Notes: a model not told the origin generated them from the sequence alone. Positions 16,488 through 29,590 are shown, counted from the whole stretch's first letter. The stretch: 63,829 nucleotides of DNA, filler included, from Lenisia limosa (GCA_001655205.1; 16 parts of 16 records of this genome joined end to end with filler, not necessarily neighbours in it); one strand, 5' to 3'. Program-made: numbers and translations.

Positions 16488-19400
16488 CTTCTTCGATCCG
16501 GGTATCAGCCTGCAGGTAGACCGTCTGCTCAATTGAGGCCGTATTGGTGGTCGGGTCAATTTCAGTAACTTCTCCATCACCGTTCTGGGGTGGAGTCATG
16601 GATAATTTATGAAGAACGCTGAAGTCAAAATGGGGGTTGGGAAATTTGTGAAACAAAAATAAAAAAAAGGTCACAAATCAACTCTGTTGGATAGCAACAC
16701 ACGAGGGATCGCCAAGCCTACCAAAGCCACGGCAAAGAAGTCCACGGGTCCGAGGACAATGTCAATATCAGTGAGGACGTTGATGATGATCTAGGGGGAG
16801 GGGGGAGGGGGGTAAAAATAGAACATTATATGAAAAAAAAAAATGAAAAAATAAAAAAAAAGAAGCCCAAAATCAACTCTGTTGGCTTGGTTAAAATGGA
16901 AATATTATGAAACAGAGTGACAGAGCGGCCTAAAGTAATTCAAAAAAGCGTCCGCCCTTTAACCTGTGTCGAGGCCTGTCTTTCGATGCTGCCGGCTTCA
17001 CAGGAGAGGGCTGAGCTCACGTCCCCAACAGTGATGTTGGAACTGCAGCAGAGTGAAAATAGAAAATTTGAACATCAACAACATCAACAACATCAACAAC
17101 ATCAACAACAACAAACAACATCAACAACATCAACAACATCAACAACATCAACAACATCAACAANNNNNNNNNNNNNNNNNNNNNNNNNNNNNNNNNNNNN
17201 NNNNNNNNNNNNNNNNNNNNNNNNNNNNNNNNNNNNNNNNNNNNNNNNNNNNNNNNNNNNNNNNNNNNNNNNNNNNNNNNNNNNNNNNNNNNNNNNNNNN
17301 NNNNNNNNNNNNNNNNNNNNNNNNNNNCACTTCGGATCGAAAAAGTCTGCTGAAATATCGATAGTTTTCGAGGATTTATCGAGAAATTCAGTCTTTTTTC
17401 GAACTGAAGAGAAGTCCTACATATAACCCAACATGTAATTCATAACCTCCCACATCAAATACGGGTGGATTGTGAGGGGCAACACTTCAGTACAGTTCAC
17501 CTCAACAGAGGACCCGTCATCAAAGAAGGCGGTGGCTGAAGCAAACGAGACGTCTGGGGGGAGGGGGTGAAATTGGAAAATGTATGACACAAACAAAAAA
17601 CCCAAAGTGAAATTGGAAAATTTATGAAAAAAAAGAAAAACCCCAAAATCAATTCTGTTTTTGAGGGAGTAAAAATGGAAAACGGGAAAGGGTAAAACAA
17701 GGGAAATTTAGATTAAGAATATGAGCGTAAAGGAACAAATTAATCACGAACCGAATCTAAAAATCCAAACAAAAGCAAAAAAAGAAGCAAAAAAAGAAGC
17801 AAAAAAAAAAAAAGGGAAGCAACAGTAGAAATGATCAAAAAATCTTACAGACATAAAACTAACCCATGCCAAAAAGGTTCCAAACCCCCTGTTACCCTGG
17901 GGAAGGTATATTTCGAGCATTGTGTTGGTGTGAAGAGCAGGACCTGCGTTTCGGATAACCTGGGGGGGGGGGGNNNNNNNNNNNNNNNNNNNNNNNNNNN
18001 NNNNNNNNNNNNNNNNNNNNNNNNNNNNNNNNNNNNNNNNNNNNNNNNTTATATTATACAATTATATCCCCATATCATACCATGTTGAGAACGGAAGCTG
18101 TGCCTGCCGGGAGGAGGGCCGTGGTGGAGGAGGCAGCCAGGAATATGTCGGACTTCCGGATGGTCATGGGAACCTGGGGGTGTTAGGGGCTTTGCTTCTT
18201 AGCTGGAACCCGGGGTATGAGGGGCTTTGCTTCAATATTAGCTGGAACCCGGGGGTATGAGAGGCTTTGCTTCAATATTAGCTGGAAATCAGAAGTGGTA
18301 CACGGGTTTGTCTGGTCTAATCCATCCACGCAATAAGAGATATTGATGATAATATCACACTACTGCTGAAGATAAGCAATTAAAAATATGACCATCTCAT
18401 ACAACAAAAATCAGTCCACAACATCCCCCCCACACCAGGCCTGAAAAGAAGACACGGAATTTGAAGGGACATGTTCCATTATACATTGATACAATACCAT
18501 ACACGGATATAATATCTCTGTAAACATAGCTATGTAGCATTTACAGCCACCAAATTATCGTCATTACAGCATATCATATATAATAATTAGTATTTGCACA
18601 ATCATGCCCCACAGACCTGGAGAGTAGACACGGAGTTTGACGGAACATGGTCGGTTTCGTTGGCAGTGCCGGAACAGACAAAATCAATGGTTCCAGAGGT
18701 GCGGTTGGTGTTGGTCGAGAATGTGGCTGTCACCTCCGCAAACTGGGGGGAAAGGGGATGAACATGGAAAGTTAGCTTCAATTTTCTTTTTGCATTTGCC
18801 TTATTTATGTTCTATATTTTCTTTTCTTGTGTTATTCATAGACGTTCCGAATACAGCAGCTTTACCACAAAAACGATAACCCCGTCAATCACAACCACCC
18901 ACGGAATAAGGCACAAAGTCGCCAATGTTACAGAGCAGATGGTCGGCCATGGCTGTGCAGTTTGCGTCAGTGCTGGCATAGGCCTTGAATACTGCAGACG
19001 TCACGGGTGGGAAGTCCACGCGGAGCTGAGAGGTGAAATTGGAACATTTACTGTATGTAACAAGAAAAAAAAGCCCAAAATCAACATTATCCTATAGATG
19101 ACCCCCACCTGGATATCGGAAGCATAGCTTGGGCCGAGGCTCTGTACCTTGACCACTACGGACACGTCATCGCCGCCCGCAATGTCGCCGGTCGGGCTTT
19201 GCGACTGGGGAGTTATGTATGAAGCTATATCATCATATCATATTTACATATTCAGTATAACTATGTCTGTTTGTGTGTGTGTGTGTGTGTGTGGGTATGA
19301 AGCTATAAGTGTGTTTGTGTGTAAATACTTGAGGGTAAACGAAGGAAATTGATGGAAAATGGAACAAACAAAACCAAAAGCTAAGTGTTGAACAAACTAA

Positions 19401-21189
19401 AACCAAAGTTAAGTATTGAACAAAGACCAGGGAGGGGGCTAAAAAGATACTAAAAAAAAAGTCAACAATGGTAAAAAAATACAATTGATTCAAACGGAAA
19501 ATATGACCGCTGCATTTGCTCACTGGAGTGATGGAAATATCAGCACGCCGGGTAACCGTTGTTGTCAAGACATTACTGGGGAATTAAGGAGGACGTCATA
19601 ACGGAAATCGTTTTTAAGGAATATCTTTATATACCTTAACCATATGATATGATATGTACAAACAGTCTCCGATTTGCTCTATGTTTCCCAAGGGAAAATC
19701 GGAACGCTTATCCTGGTTTGTAGTACCCCTATGTTTTCCCAAGATTTTTAATTATAATATATTGTTTCTCTTGTCACCCCCACCCCCCCACGTGACACCC
19801 TTGCCTGAATATGTGCCCTCGCGGTGAGAGATAGCGCTACTGATGGTGACCGGTGTGTTATCAGGCGTGCTGGCTGGGATGGCTGCAGGGGGTAAACGAA
19901 GGTAATTTATGAAACAAAGAAAGAGCCCAAAATTAACTATGCTTGCTAACAACACACGAGGGTTGATAACAACGAATAAATAACGAAAATATATGAATTA
20001 TCAATGAAAGTTTAAAGGCAGTCTACCCAGCTCACAATAAACGAAGGTACCAATAGAGGCTGATAAGGTAGTCATAGTACTGTTAGCCTCCAGTCCCGCG
20101 GGTGAGCCAATCTAAGGCATAGTTAATTGGGAAATAGGCATGACGTTTCGTTTGCTGAGCCACCCCCTCCCCACATTAGTGCACGTGAGCGTGGCGTTGG
20201 CGTTCACACATTCGCCCACGATGGGCAGCATGTATTTCGACTTAGGCACCAAAAACTCAGGGTACTCTGATACAATCTGGGGGAGTAAAATAGGAAAGGT
20301 GATGAAACAAAAAAAAGGGCCAAGTCAACTCTGTTGGCTATGTATTATGAAATAAAATAAAACAACCCTAGTTTACAAGCATTTTACATTAATTGCACGA
20401 GATCTAATATCCCCCCTCCCTCACGTCAACATCGAAGGAGTCATTGGGGCCCTCATTGATGACTATGAAGCCCAAAATCGCATCCAATCCGGCGTACTGA
20501 ATTGGTGAGTGGAGGGCTTTGAACACTCCTATTTATATATAATAGGAGGATGATTAGGGCTACTTCATTTCGAAAAAGACTGAAATTCTCGATAAATCCT
20601 CGAAAACTATTGATATTTTACTGGATTTTTTTTGAACCGAAGTGAAACCCTCGGGATGATGCCATTAGTTTGAGAAAACACAGACAGTTTTACGGGTTTC
20701 AGCCCTATTAACAATGTGTTGATACAGTGAGGGATTGGGGGGAGCAAAACAACAAACAAACGAGCTAATTGATGAGGGAAATGGAGACCTCTCTCCGTCC
20801 ACTTCCTCTTCCTATCAGACCCCTACCAATGAGGTTCTCAAGTCGACCGAAACGGTGGTATCGGATCTGCGATCAGCTGTGATCTGAGGCCGGTCAACTT
20901 AAATGCTATATAGGAGATCTCTAGGTCTACAAATGGGACATGACCATGAAGCCACACTGACAATGAATATCGGATTATTGCATAACTTAACCCAATTATT
21001 TGTTTAACAAATATTTGCACACAGCTTTCTGCTGTTTTGTGGTTTTCAACCCTCGTGTGTTGCTAGTCAACATATTTGACTTCGGGCTTTTTTTTTGTGT
21101 TGTTTTCATAACTTTTACAATAGACCACCCCCACGGAGCCGGTGGCATAGTTGTTGGCAAGACTCAGATCGGAGACGTCAGCCCAGGCC
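16488..21189 (-). CDS. DUF11-repeat (Ig-like) probable surface protein, partial (exons 21189-21135, 20883-20827, 20496-20425, 20276-20175, 20111-20051, 19882-19792, 19575-19524, 19204-19109, 19025-18903, 18742-18617, 18173-18081, 17959-17896, 17553-17454, 17042-16964, 16790-16722, 16584-<16488)
   Basis: Phase-consistent chain with recurring motifs INEGPNDSFDVDIVSEYP, RADISITPSQSPTGDIAGGDDVSVVVKVQSLGPSYASDI, VIRNAGPALHTNTMLEIYLP, C..(x)n..LLCNIGDFVP and DLSLANNYAT, matching the remembered DUF11 pattern (AD.si.k..V.N.GP..A..v.d.lP..C..lg.l..D...NN.a). Confidence 0.7.
17075..17163 (+). repeat. (CAACAT/CAA)n intronic microsatellite
   Basis: Direct inspection; runs into an N gap. Confidence 0.9.
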
Positions 21190-21491
21190 CTGGCTGAATG
21201 GTGGTGATTGTAAATGCTGGATATATGATTGTTTATGGATTAAGTATATTGGGTGGCGTCTGTAGTTAAAAAATAAACAGTGATTAAAAGGTTAATTTTT
21301 ACAAGCCAATCTTGGTCATATGATTGTTCCAAAAAAACTGAATTTCCCGGTATATCTTCGATAAATCGGTACGGATACCCCCCCCCCCCCCNNNNNNNNN
21401 NNNNNNNNNNNNNNNNNNNNNNNNNNNNNNNNNNNTTAATTAATTAANNNNNNNNNNNNNNNNNNNNNNNNNNNNNNNNNNNNNNNNNNNN

Positions 21492-22991
21492 TGACTAGTC
21501 AAAACGAGGACGCAGAGGATCTCATGCGGAACGTAGAGAAGGAGGAGGAAGCTATTGAAGCGGAAGACCCTACTAAACAGGTGACCCTCATCTCTTTGTT
21601 TATGCAGCCAATTATTTAACTCCATCTTTTTTTTCTTTGTTGTAGACATACATGTATATTTTTTAGAGATTTTGGAAAAGTGGGGATTGGGTCTCCCCCC
21701 CCCCCAATGGAGTTGATCGTGGGCTTCTTGCTTCATAATTTTGTTCTTGCTTGTTATTTTATTTTTATTTTTTTTATACTATATTTATTTTTAGGAGTTT
21801 CAGATTACTTTTTTCGTGATTANNNNNNNNNNNNNNNNNNNNNNNNNNNNNNNNNNNNNNNNNNNNNNNNNNNNNNNNNNNNNNNNNNNNNNNNNNNNNN
21901 NNNNNNNNNNNNNNNNNNNNNNNNNNNNNNNNNNNNNNNNNNNNNNNNNNNNNNNNNNNNNNNNNNNNNNNNNNNNNNNNNNNNNNNNACTTCGAGTTTG
22001 GCATCTCCAGGGTGATAAGGTCACTGGAACCTTACAGCAGGAAAGTGAGCTTTCCACAGGATCTTTTTTTATCATGAGAAGAAAAAAAACAAAAGGGGGG
22101 GGGGGTCTTTATTCTGTCCACACTGTTGCTCGAGGTTTTTTTTTTTTTTTTTTTTNNNNNNNNNNNNNNNNNNNNNNNNNNNNNNNNNNNNNNNNNNNNN
22201 NNNNNNNNNNNNNNNNNNNNNNNNNNNNNNNNNNNNNNNNNNNNNNNNNNNNNNNNNNNNNNNNNNNNNNNNNNNNNNNNNNNNNNNNNNNNNNNNNNNN
22301 NNNNNNNNNNNNNNNNNNNNNCTTCTTTTTTCTGACCACGCAGCTTTCAACGGACACGTGGTACTACGCCAAAAGGTGCTTGGTGGCGCTGATCGATCAG
22401 ATCGCCAAGCAGGTCGTTGTGCTGAAGGACACCGTAATGAACGACATCGTTGAGTTCTTGGTAGGGGGAGGGTACTGTCTTGGCTGGTGGCGGTGCTGCC
22501 GTGGTTGGTGGCGGTGCTGCCTTGGTTGNNNNNNNNNNNNNNNNNNNNNNNNNNNNNNNNNNNNNNNNNNNNNNNNNNNNNNNNNNNNNNNNNNNNNNNN
22601 NNNNNNNNNNNNNNNNNNNNNNNNNNNNNNNNNNNNNNNNNNNNNNNNNNNNNNNNNNNNNNNNNNNNNNNNNNNNNNNNNNNNNNNNNNNNNNNNNNNN
22701 NNNNNNNNNNNNNNNNNNNNNNNNNNNNNNNNGTTGACCCCACTGCCGACCCATCCACTCTCACCGGTCGGGGGTGTCCACTGGGGGAGACTAGTTTTCA
22801 AAGTAATTTTTCGATTCCTTTCGAATCTTCGCGGGGAGTGGTCAGATATTGGCAGCCTTCAGGGTTGATTATGATTGGTTTTGTTTTGTTTCATTTTCAT
22901 AAAATTGCTCATTATTATCCCATCTCACTCTGCAGTCTCCCACGAGGCTCGTCTAATGAAGAGGGTCATCCTTCAGATTCGAGAGTGGTAG
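21492..22991 (+). CDS. IFT70: IFT70/TTC30 (fleer), C-terminal part (exons <21492-21580, <21989-22044, 22344-22460, <22733-22766, 22936-22991)
   Basis: TSQNEDAEDLMRNVEKEEE; FEFGISRVIRSLEPYSRKLSTDTWYYAKRCLVAL; TVSHEARLMKRVILQIREW* match TTC30 (MTSQNEEAEELMRKIEKEEE; DFGISRVIKSLEPYNKKLGTDTWYYAKRC). Confidence 0.95.
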
Positions 22992-23486
22992 TAGTAGTTG
23001 TATTTCTTGTTGTTTTGATTGAGTTGTATTTATCCCTTTTAGAAATGGTTACAGTACTAGCTTATTTACATTGTACGAGCTTATTTACATTTATACGCTT
23101 TATTTACGTATCACATTTATTGTACCAATATATTTCATGTTATAAATCATTGTATCTTCAATCACACAATCGTGGTGGATAAAAATAAAAGTTGTTTGGC
23201 CGATTGTCCTTGAGTAAGTAACATACAAGGTTGCTAGCGACTGGCGCGTTTGTTCTCTTTTGTTTAATCTCCCAACTCCCTATCTAAAAACTGTCATCAT
23301 ATCGGTGTAACTAATCATAATGGACTCCATTATCTTCATCCTTCATCAAACCCTTGAGAATGCTAACATTGACAACTTAATGGTTTGAGGTTGAGCAGAG
23401 GATCTCTACAAATCCCTCTCCACTTGATAGAAGACAACATACATGAAACACATAGACTTAGATACCTTGGATAAACGAAAACGAGG

Positions 23487-25404
23487 CTACTGGTTCTTTG
23501 CAGCAAGAGCAACCTTGATCTTTTCCTGAGGCAAGTTAATGTTTTACAAATTGGAACTTGGGGGTGGGGGGACCTTTTCACAAAGAAAAATGAAAGGAGT
23601 TTACTATCATTGTAATACCCCAATGTTGTTCTATTATCCTATATCCCTCCACCACAGCCACTGCAAACCTTTCTATTGGCCTGGTACTTGATGTCTTTCT
23701 GGGCCAACTTCCTCTTGATCTTATGCACGCCCCTGTAGTGTCACAATAAATACATAGACCTTTCAATATTTTTTAGCTTTGTTCATAGAAATACCACTTT
23801 TATCACTTTCTATTTTTTTAACTCCAGACGCTATACATGGGGGCTCCATAGCTCCTAGTTATAAGGAGGGCTCAATATCCGTAGATTTTATTTTATGAAA
23901 TTTCGTGACCAAGCTCATTTCGTTACCCCTAAATGCTACTTAAGTCTTAAAAGATAAGAATCGTATTTCCCCGAGAAAAATTGGTCAAAACCTGTGTGTC
24001 CTGTTCACTCCCTTGCTTGCTCCCACCTTCTTCCTCTCTTCTTGCCCTTGGACGCCTCTCCATCCTCCATCAGCTTCGTCGTGTTTGCTATTTCAGCCTT
24101 GGTTACCTTGCCGCTGGTGATGGCCTGGGGGAGGGGGGGGGGGGGAATNNNNNNNNNNNNNNNNNNNNNNNNNNNNNNNNNNNNNNNNNNNNNNNNNNNN
24201 NNNNNNNNNNNNNNNNNNNNNNNNNNNNNNNNNNNNNNNNNNNGATAACAACAAAACAAAGCTGCAAAATGGACACTTCATGAATCCAGCAAAACATACA
24301 TGGCAAGAAACGATGCCATTTCAACAATTCTTCCACCCACCTTTCTGGCCTTCTTCATGAACTCAGGACGATAGAAGTTCACCTAGATGGTGAGCAACTA
24401 GTGAGGCTAGGTCTTCGTTGAGATGTTAATTTCAAAATTTGAAGTTTTTGTGATCTGATCTCCAATTCAAAAATTTTGCAATATGAGCCGTTCCCACATT
24501 ATTAGCGGTGTGGACGTTGTCCTGTGCTGTCTCTGCGTGATGCTCAATTTCACCAATCTAAAAACAGTTATATTAACGTAGATGTCTGTCAACATTTTGG
24601 AGATGAATAGAAAGAGCGCTTTAGTCGTGTGTGATCTCCACTTAACTATTCGTGAACATTGTGGGATGAATAAAACTAAGATATTCAACGTACAACATTC
24701 GCTTCATCCATTATTGGGGGTGCATAATGAGAAGAGAAGCAGTTTACTTTCGTTTTGACCAAGAGGTCATCTTTCCCTTCTTGTAGGAAAGAGCATTATA
24801 ATGATAGTAGATATTGTTTAGTATTTTCAGGAATCATTCAGTTCCCATTCGTTCGTACCTTCGTGTCATCGAGAGAGATAACGTCAGGTTTGATCTAAAA
24901 CAGTCAGCGTGATTATTGTTGTTTGTAAGAGCAAAACTACAATACAATAAAAGTGAATATATTGATGAGTTTATCCAGGTTAAATGCATTAAAGACAACC
25001 ATTATAATAACAACTCCCACCACCTTAACTTCTCCTCAAACTCCCCCCACATTACCCGCAATTACCCTCCACCTTGTCTCAGATTGACTCCATTTACCCC
25101 CGCCCCCACCTTGTCAAGAAGGGACCTGACTTCTTGGTTTCTGGACCATTTTCCGGTGGCGTAGGGGTTAACTTCGAATGAGTCGATGTTGGCCTGGCCT
25201 GCGGGGGGTAAGGTAATGGAACATTATTGAAAGAAAACAAAAGCAAACCCTGAAATCTACTCGTCCCCCCAACCTGAACCCGGAACTAGAAGGCTCTGGA
25301 ATCCAAACTGGTGACCATAGCCTGGGGAGTAAAAACAGAAAATCACAAAAATCAAAAACCCCGAATCCACCACCACCACCCACCAGCGAAATCCTCCATA
25401 GGGC
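23487..25404 (-). CDS. WDR46: WDR46/UTP7 (SSU processome), C-terminal part (exons >25404-25384, 25321-25274, 25198-25110, 24894-24859, 24557-24498, 24382-24341, 24124-24027, 23732-23669, 23525-23487)
   Basis: PMEDFAGYGHQFGFQSLLVPGSGQANIDSFEVNPYATGKWSRNQEVRSLLDKIKPDVISLD matches the BING4CT domain (CPFEDVLGVGH..SMLVPGAGEPNFDALE.NPY...EVKALLEK); basic tail ending in TAG. Confidence 0.9.
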
Positions 25405-25761
25405 NNNNNNNNNNNNNNNNNNNNNNNNNNNNNNNNNNNNNNNNNNNNTTAATTAATTAANNNNNNNNNNNNNNNNNNNNNNNNNNNNNNNNNNNNNNNN
25501 NNNNGTCCACATGATCAAGCTTCTAAGAGATATTGAATTATAGTAATATAAATTCACCCAATAATTCGCCTTACAACTCTGTGCACATAGCTTTCTGCGT
25601 GCCTCCCCAACACATCATATATGATATATGATATACACTGTATACGTATATATACTATGATATAACCATATCATGATATGTATATAGTACATTATTTACT
25701 GTATGTGTATGCACAATTGTATTATCCCAAGATATACACCCCCAATCCTTCCACCCCCTAC

Positions 25762-26412
25762 ACGGGCTTGGGATATGACTTCGCCCGCGTCCGCAGGGTA
25801 CACCCCGGCATGGCCTCCGATAAACTGGGAGTTGAGCGAGAGTAGAATTGGAATATGTATGAAACAAAAAAAAGCCCAAAACAACTCTGTTGGCTGACAA
25901 CACACGAGGGTTGATAACAACAAAGCAAACAAAGAAAGCCAGGCCAGTCGCTTCTGCAGGGAGGAGAGACAAAAGAGCCCAAAAGCAACTCCCCCTACTG
26001 CTGCGGAGTTGAAAGCTTTGCCAGTTCTTGAAATGGCTTTGAGAACGGCCGATCTGGGGATGTGAAGGAAATCAAATATAAGTAGATCACGTAATGGTTA
26101 TGTGAAGGAAAATTTGAACTAGATCACTATATGGGTGTAGGAAGGAAATAAGTTGAGATCATATTTTGATATGTGAAGCGCATGCAAAGGATACCAGATA
26201 ACTAGCCCTTCACTCCGAACCAGAAAATGAATAAATTTATCGATAAATCCTCGATATATTTCGGTTTACCGATCATTTTCATATCAAAGTGAAGCCTTGC
26301 AGATAACAAATAAAGCCCTTGTACATAAACAACCATGTATAAACACCACAGGAGAGAATGAAATTGACAAGTACCCCCCACCGGCACGTTGCAATTTCGA
26401 TGGTATAACCGG
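25762..26412 (-). CDS. Unidentified multi-exon gene fragment (3 exons)
   Basis: Phase-consistent AGYTIEIATCR|SAVLKAISRTGKAFNSAA|FIGGHAGVYPADAGEVISQAR. Confidence 0.55.
26203..26299. mobile_element. Family B hAT-type MITE with 8-bp TSD
   Basis: CAGATAAC|TAGCCCTTCACTCCGAAC...AAAGTGAAGCCTTG|CAGATAAC. Confidence 0.85.
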
Positions 26413-26821
26413 CTAAAAAGTCAGTAATGATCTTTAATCTCAAACAATTTCTATATCCGGTTACATAGTGGCACCCCCACCTATCAATTCAATCCCACTC
26501 CTACANNNNNNNNNNNNNNNNNNNNNNNNNNNNNNNNNNNNNNNNNNNNTTAATTAATTAANNNNNNNNNNNNNNNNNNNNNNNNNNNNNNNNNNNNNNN
26601 NNNNNGAATCCTAACAGCTCCTGTTCTTGCTGCCGTTGAGAGAATGTGGGAGCCAGGACCTATAGACGTCATTGTTGCCCATGCCAAGCACAAGAATCTG
26701 GAGGTTTATTGTCGTCTACTGTTCACTTGTTAAAATAAAACCATTTGAGTGAGGGGTTGGTATCATACTTCGTATATAACTTACACCAGAGTTCTTTCTT
26801 CCACTTACTTGGAGTCCTTCC

Positions 26822-27272
26822 ATGCACACCTTCGCTATCTCATTGCCACAACATCCTGTACGTCGCTGGACTTTCTCAAGAAACGAGATTGCCAAGGCGA
26901 GATACAATCTCTCTCGTTTAGAGACAAATGGAGGTAAGGTCCTTTGTTCCTTTTTACTTTCTAGTTATTCAAAAGGGCTGGCTGTCAAGGTACCTGTGGG
27001 ATTTGTCCAGCAAGACAAAGCCATTCGTAATGAAGAGGACTGGGAGGCACAAACTCAGTAGTGTCAAGAACTATCCCAATTTCCGCCAGAAGGGCTCACC
27101 TTGGCTTACCGAGTATTACGCCTTGCTGAAGCAGTCAGTGGAGGAGTTAGCTTTAGATCCTGCCAAAGACATCGGCAAGGGTTTGGTTGCCCAGCTCCGC
27201 TCAGAAGTGTTCGATGAAAGGAGGGGGTTGCGAGAGATAGCGCAAGCTCTTCGCCGGCTTCAGCTCAGTTAG
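26822..27272 (+). CDS. Unidentified ORF with a candidate 31-nt intron (26934-26964)
   Basis: Removing GTAAGG..TTTCTAG joins ..ARYNLSRLETNG to VIQKGWLSRYLWDL..REIAQALRRLQLS* in frame. Confidence 0.4.
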
Positions 27273-29269
27273 GGTCCTATGTCATTGAGACTTTTTCACA
27301 CAAGTGGAATGAGGTATTCACATCACTGTGTCGAAAATGATAGTGTACACGTGTGAAAATGACCAAAAAGCAATGTTTTTGTTTATTATTTGGAAACAAA
27401 AAATGCTGCCGACACTAAACCCGATTTTATCCGATTTTTTATGAACAGTTGCTCTCTTTCAACGTGAACATCAGTAAAAACCATTGGAAATATGAAATAT
27501 TAACTAAATGTAAAATTTCACACAAATTCCAGAAAGTTTGGCACTCTGAGCCGGGCGCCCGGGCAAATTTTCTTCAAAATCAGGACAAAATCTTGCTACT
27601 GTTGTCATTTTGCGATGTTCTTAGATTTGGAATTAAGTTTGCGGAAGTTTCATAACCTTTGCGATATTTTTTTGATTTGGGACCTAAATGTTCCAAAAAG
27701 TTTGATACTTGCCTAATTGGGAAACCAGGGTTGAAAAAGTCGAAAAAACTGTCATTTCTCATCATACAGCCCTTTAAAACTTCAAATGACGTCAGAAACA
27801 GAAAGCCAGACCCCCAAAACCCTTAAAATGGTCTAATCAGATTTTAAAATAGCATTAGTAGTCTCGAGATATAAATCCTAACTTATGTTACCACCTTCCT
27901 TCCCTTCCTGTTCACCAGTACGCGATTCCTTGGATCCTGCCAGGCACATTTTGAATTGTTCTTAGGTAAATAACAAAAGGTGATATTTGAAAAGAGACAT
28001 TCCGTTTTGTTTGACCGTGACTGTCTGTTCCTTTACAGTGGTTTACGTGGTTTCCGTTTCCCCTTCCCCNNNNNNNNNNNNNNNNNNNNNNNNNNNNNNN
28101 NNNNNNNNNNNNNNNNNNNNNNNNNNNNNNNNNNNNNNNNNNNNNNNNNNNNNNNNNNNNNNNNNNNNNNNNNNNNNNNNNNNNGTTGTTGTAGATGTTG
28201 AACAGATTGAGTGGATGAGTGGATAGTAGTACACTGATAAGCAACAGATAGATAAGGGAAAGATTAGAAGCTAAGAGGAGAGCCAAAGCACTGAGAAAGA
28301 AAGAGAAAGATAGGAGCTTCCTCTTCTTCTTCTTAGCGAGGTTGCGTTGTGCGCCCGTGCGGACCCTAACTAAACCATGTCCTTATACCCCTATTATACC
28401 CTTATTTGATCTCCTCAGTCCTTCAGAGCGATCCTTGAGACATTTTTTAGAAGCTCACTGTATGCGCAGGATTTCTAAAAATCTGAAAAAAATGTGTGAT
28501 CTGGTTTTTTTCCCCAGGATTGTTGTCCGCAGGATTTTCTGCCCCAAAAAGGTATGTTCAGGATCAGGGTGATCTTCAAGTTATCATCTTGCAAAAACCA
28601 AAAAGAGCTTTTTCCACTCTGAACCGCCGTTCCGCGGAATATCAAAATGGACTTTTGCCTGGGTTTGTAATTGGAGGCCAAACCTTTGAAACTTCTTTAT
28701 TAAACTTAATATGGAAGAACAGAAGGGTTTCGGTTTATTCGGAGGGACACCTTCAACCTGGTGAAACGCCAAATCAAGACTTTCAATATATTAGTTGAGG
28801 GTTTAATACCCCAAGTATTTATTTTTAATAATATTATCCATATATTTCCAAGAACAGCTCTCAATCAGGTGCCGGGACTTGCACTGATCTCCACCCGCTT
28901 TGTATTTACTAGTCAACGGTCTCTTCGCAGCTATTCGTTAAACCTATATGATACTTTGTTATTAAACAAAGTTGTTAGAGCCTTTAATCTGATTAAATCG
29001 CGCCTCCCCTCTGCCCCTTGCTGTCTTCAGAAAGTAAGATCTAGTATTCATCACCTCAAGCTTTTTATGCTTTGTTGTGACTGAGTTTTACATCAATATG
29101 TAATCCCACGCAACAAACAATAAAACCAAAACTACTTTTTTTAGGGCTACTATTTGGGAAACCTCTGCAAAAGTCTATAGTTCTATGTAACATCTTACCA
29201 CTTAGGCATGATATTGTGATGTTGTTTTCTCTTTCCCAGTGTGACCTTTTCTCTTCTTTCTTAAAAATT

Positions 29270-29590
29270 TTAGTGCCCAACGAAATATAAATGTGATATG
29301 TGCTCTCAGAATGTTTCTGGGAGAGAAGTCCGGGCAAGAATTTGCCATGGTTGCCTCACCATGCAGCGCACCAACACTGAAACTGATGCCAAAGAAGTGA
29401 GTGTACAGCATTTATTTCTGATTCCTTTAGTTAATTATGAAAGTTTATGAACAGCTTGAAATGGCTAATAGAAGGTGCCTCCAGTTGGAGAAGATCAAAG
29501 CTGATCAAACTGAACAGATTGAAAGTCTGAAGAAAGAGATGAACAAGAATCGAAGGAATGCTCAACGATGTTTGCTGACTGTGATTATTT
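29270..29590 (+). CDS. Zinc-finger plus coiled-coil ORF fragment with a candidate 34-nt intron (29397-29430)
   Basis: CPTKYKCDMCSQNVSGREVRARICHGCLTMQRTNTETDAKE|LIMKVYEQLEMANRRCLQLEKIKADQTEQIESLKKEMNK; two CxxC pairs followed by heptads. Confidence 0.5.

Noticed and set aside
16917-17426. Gln/Thr-rich ORFs
   Set aside because: Intronic CAA/CAT microsatellite plus an N gap, on the strand opposite the DUF11 gene.
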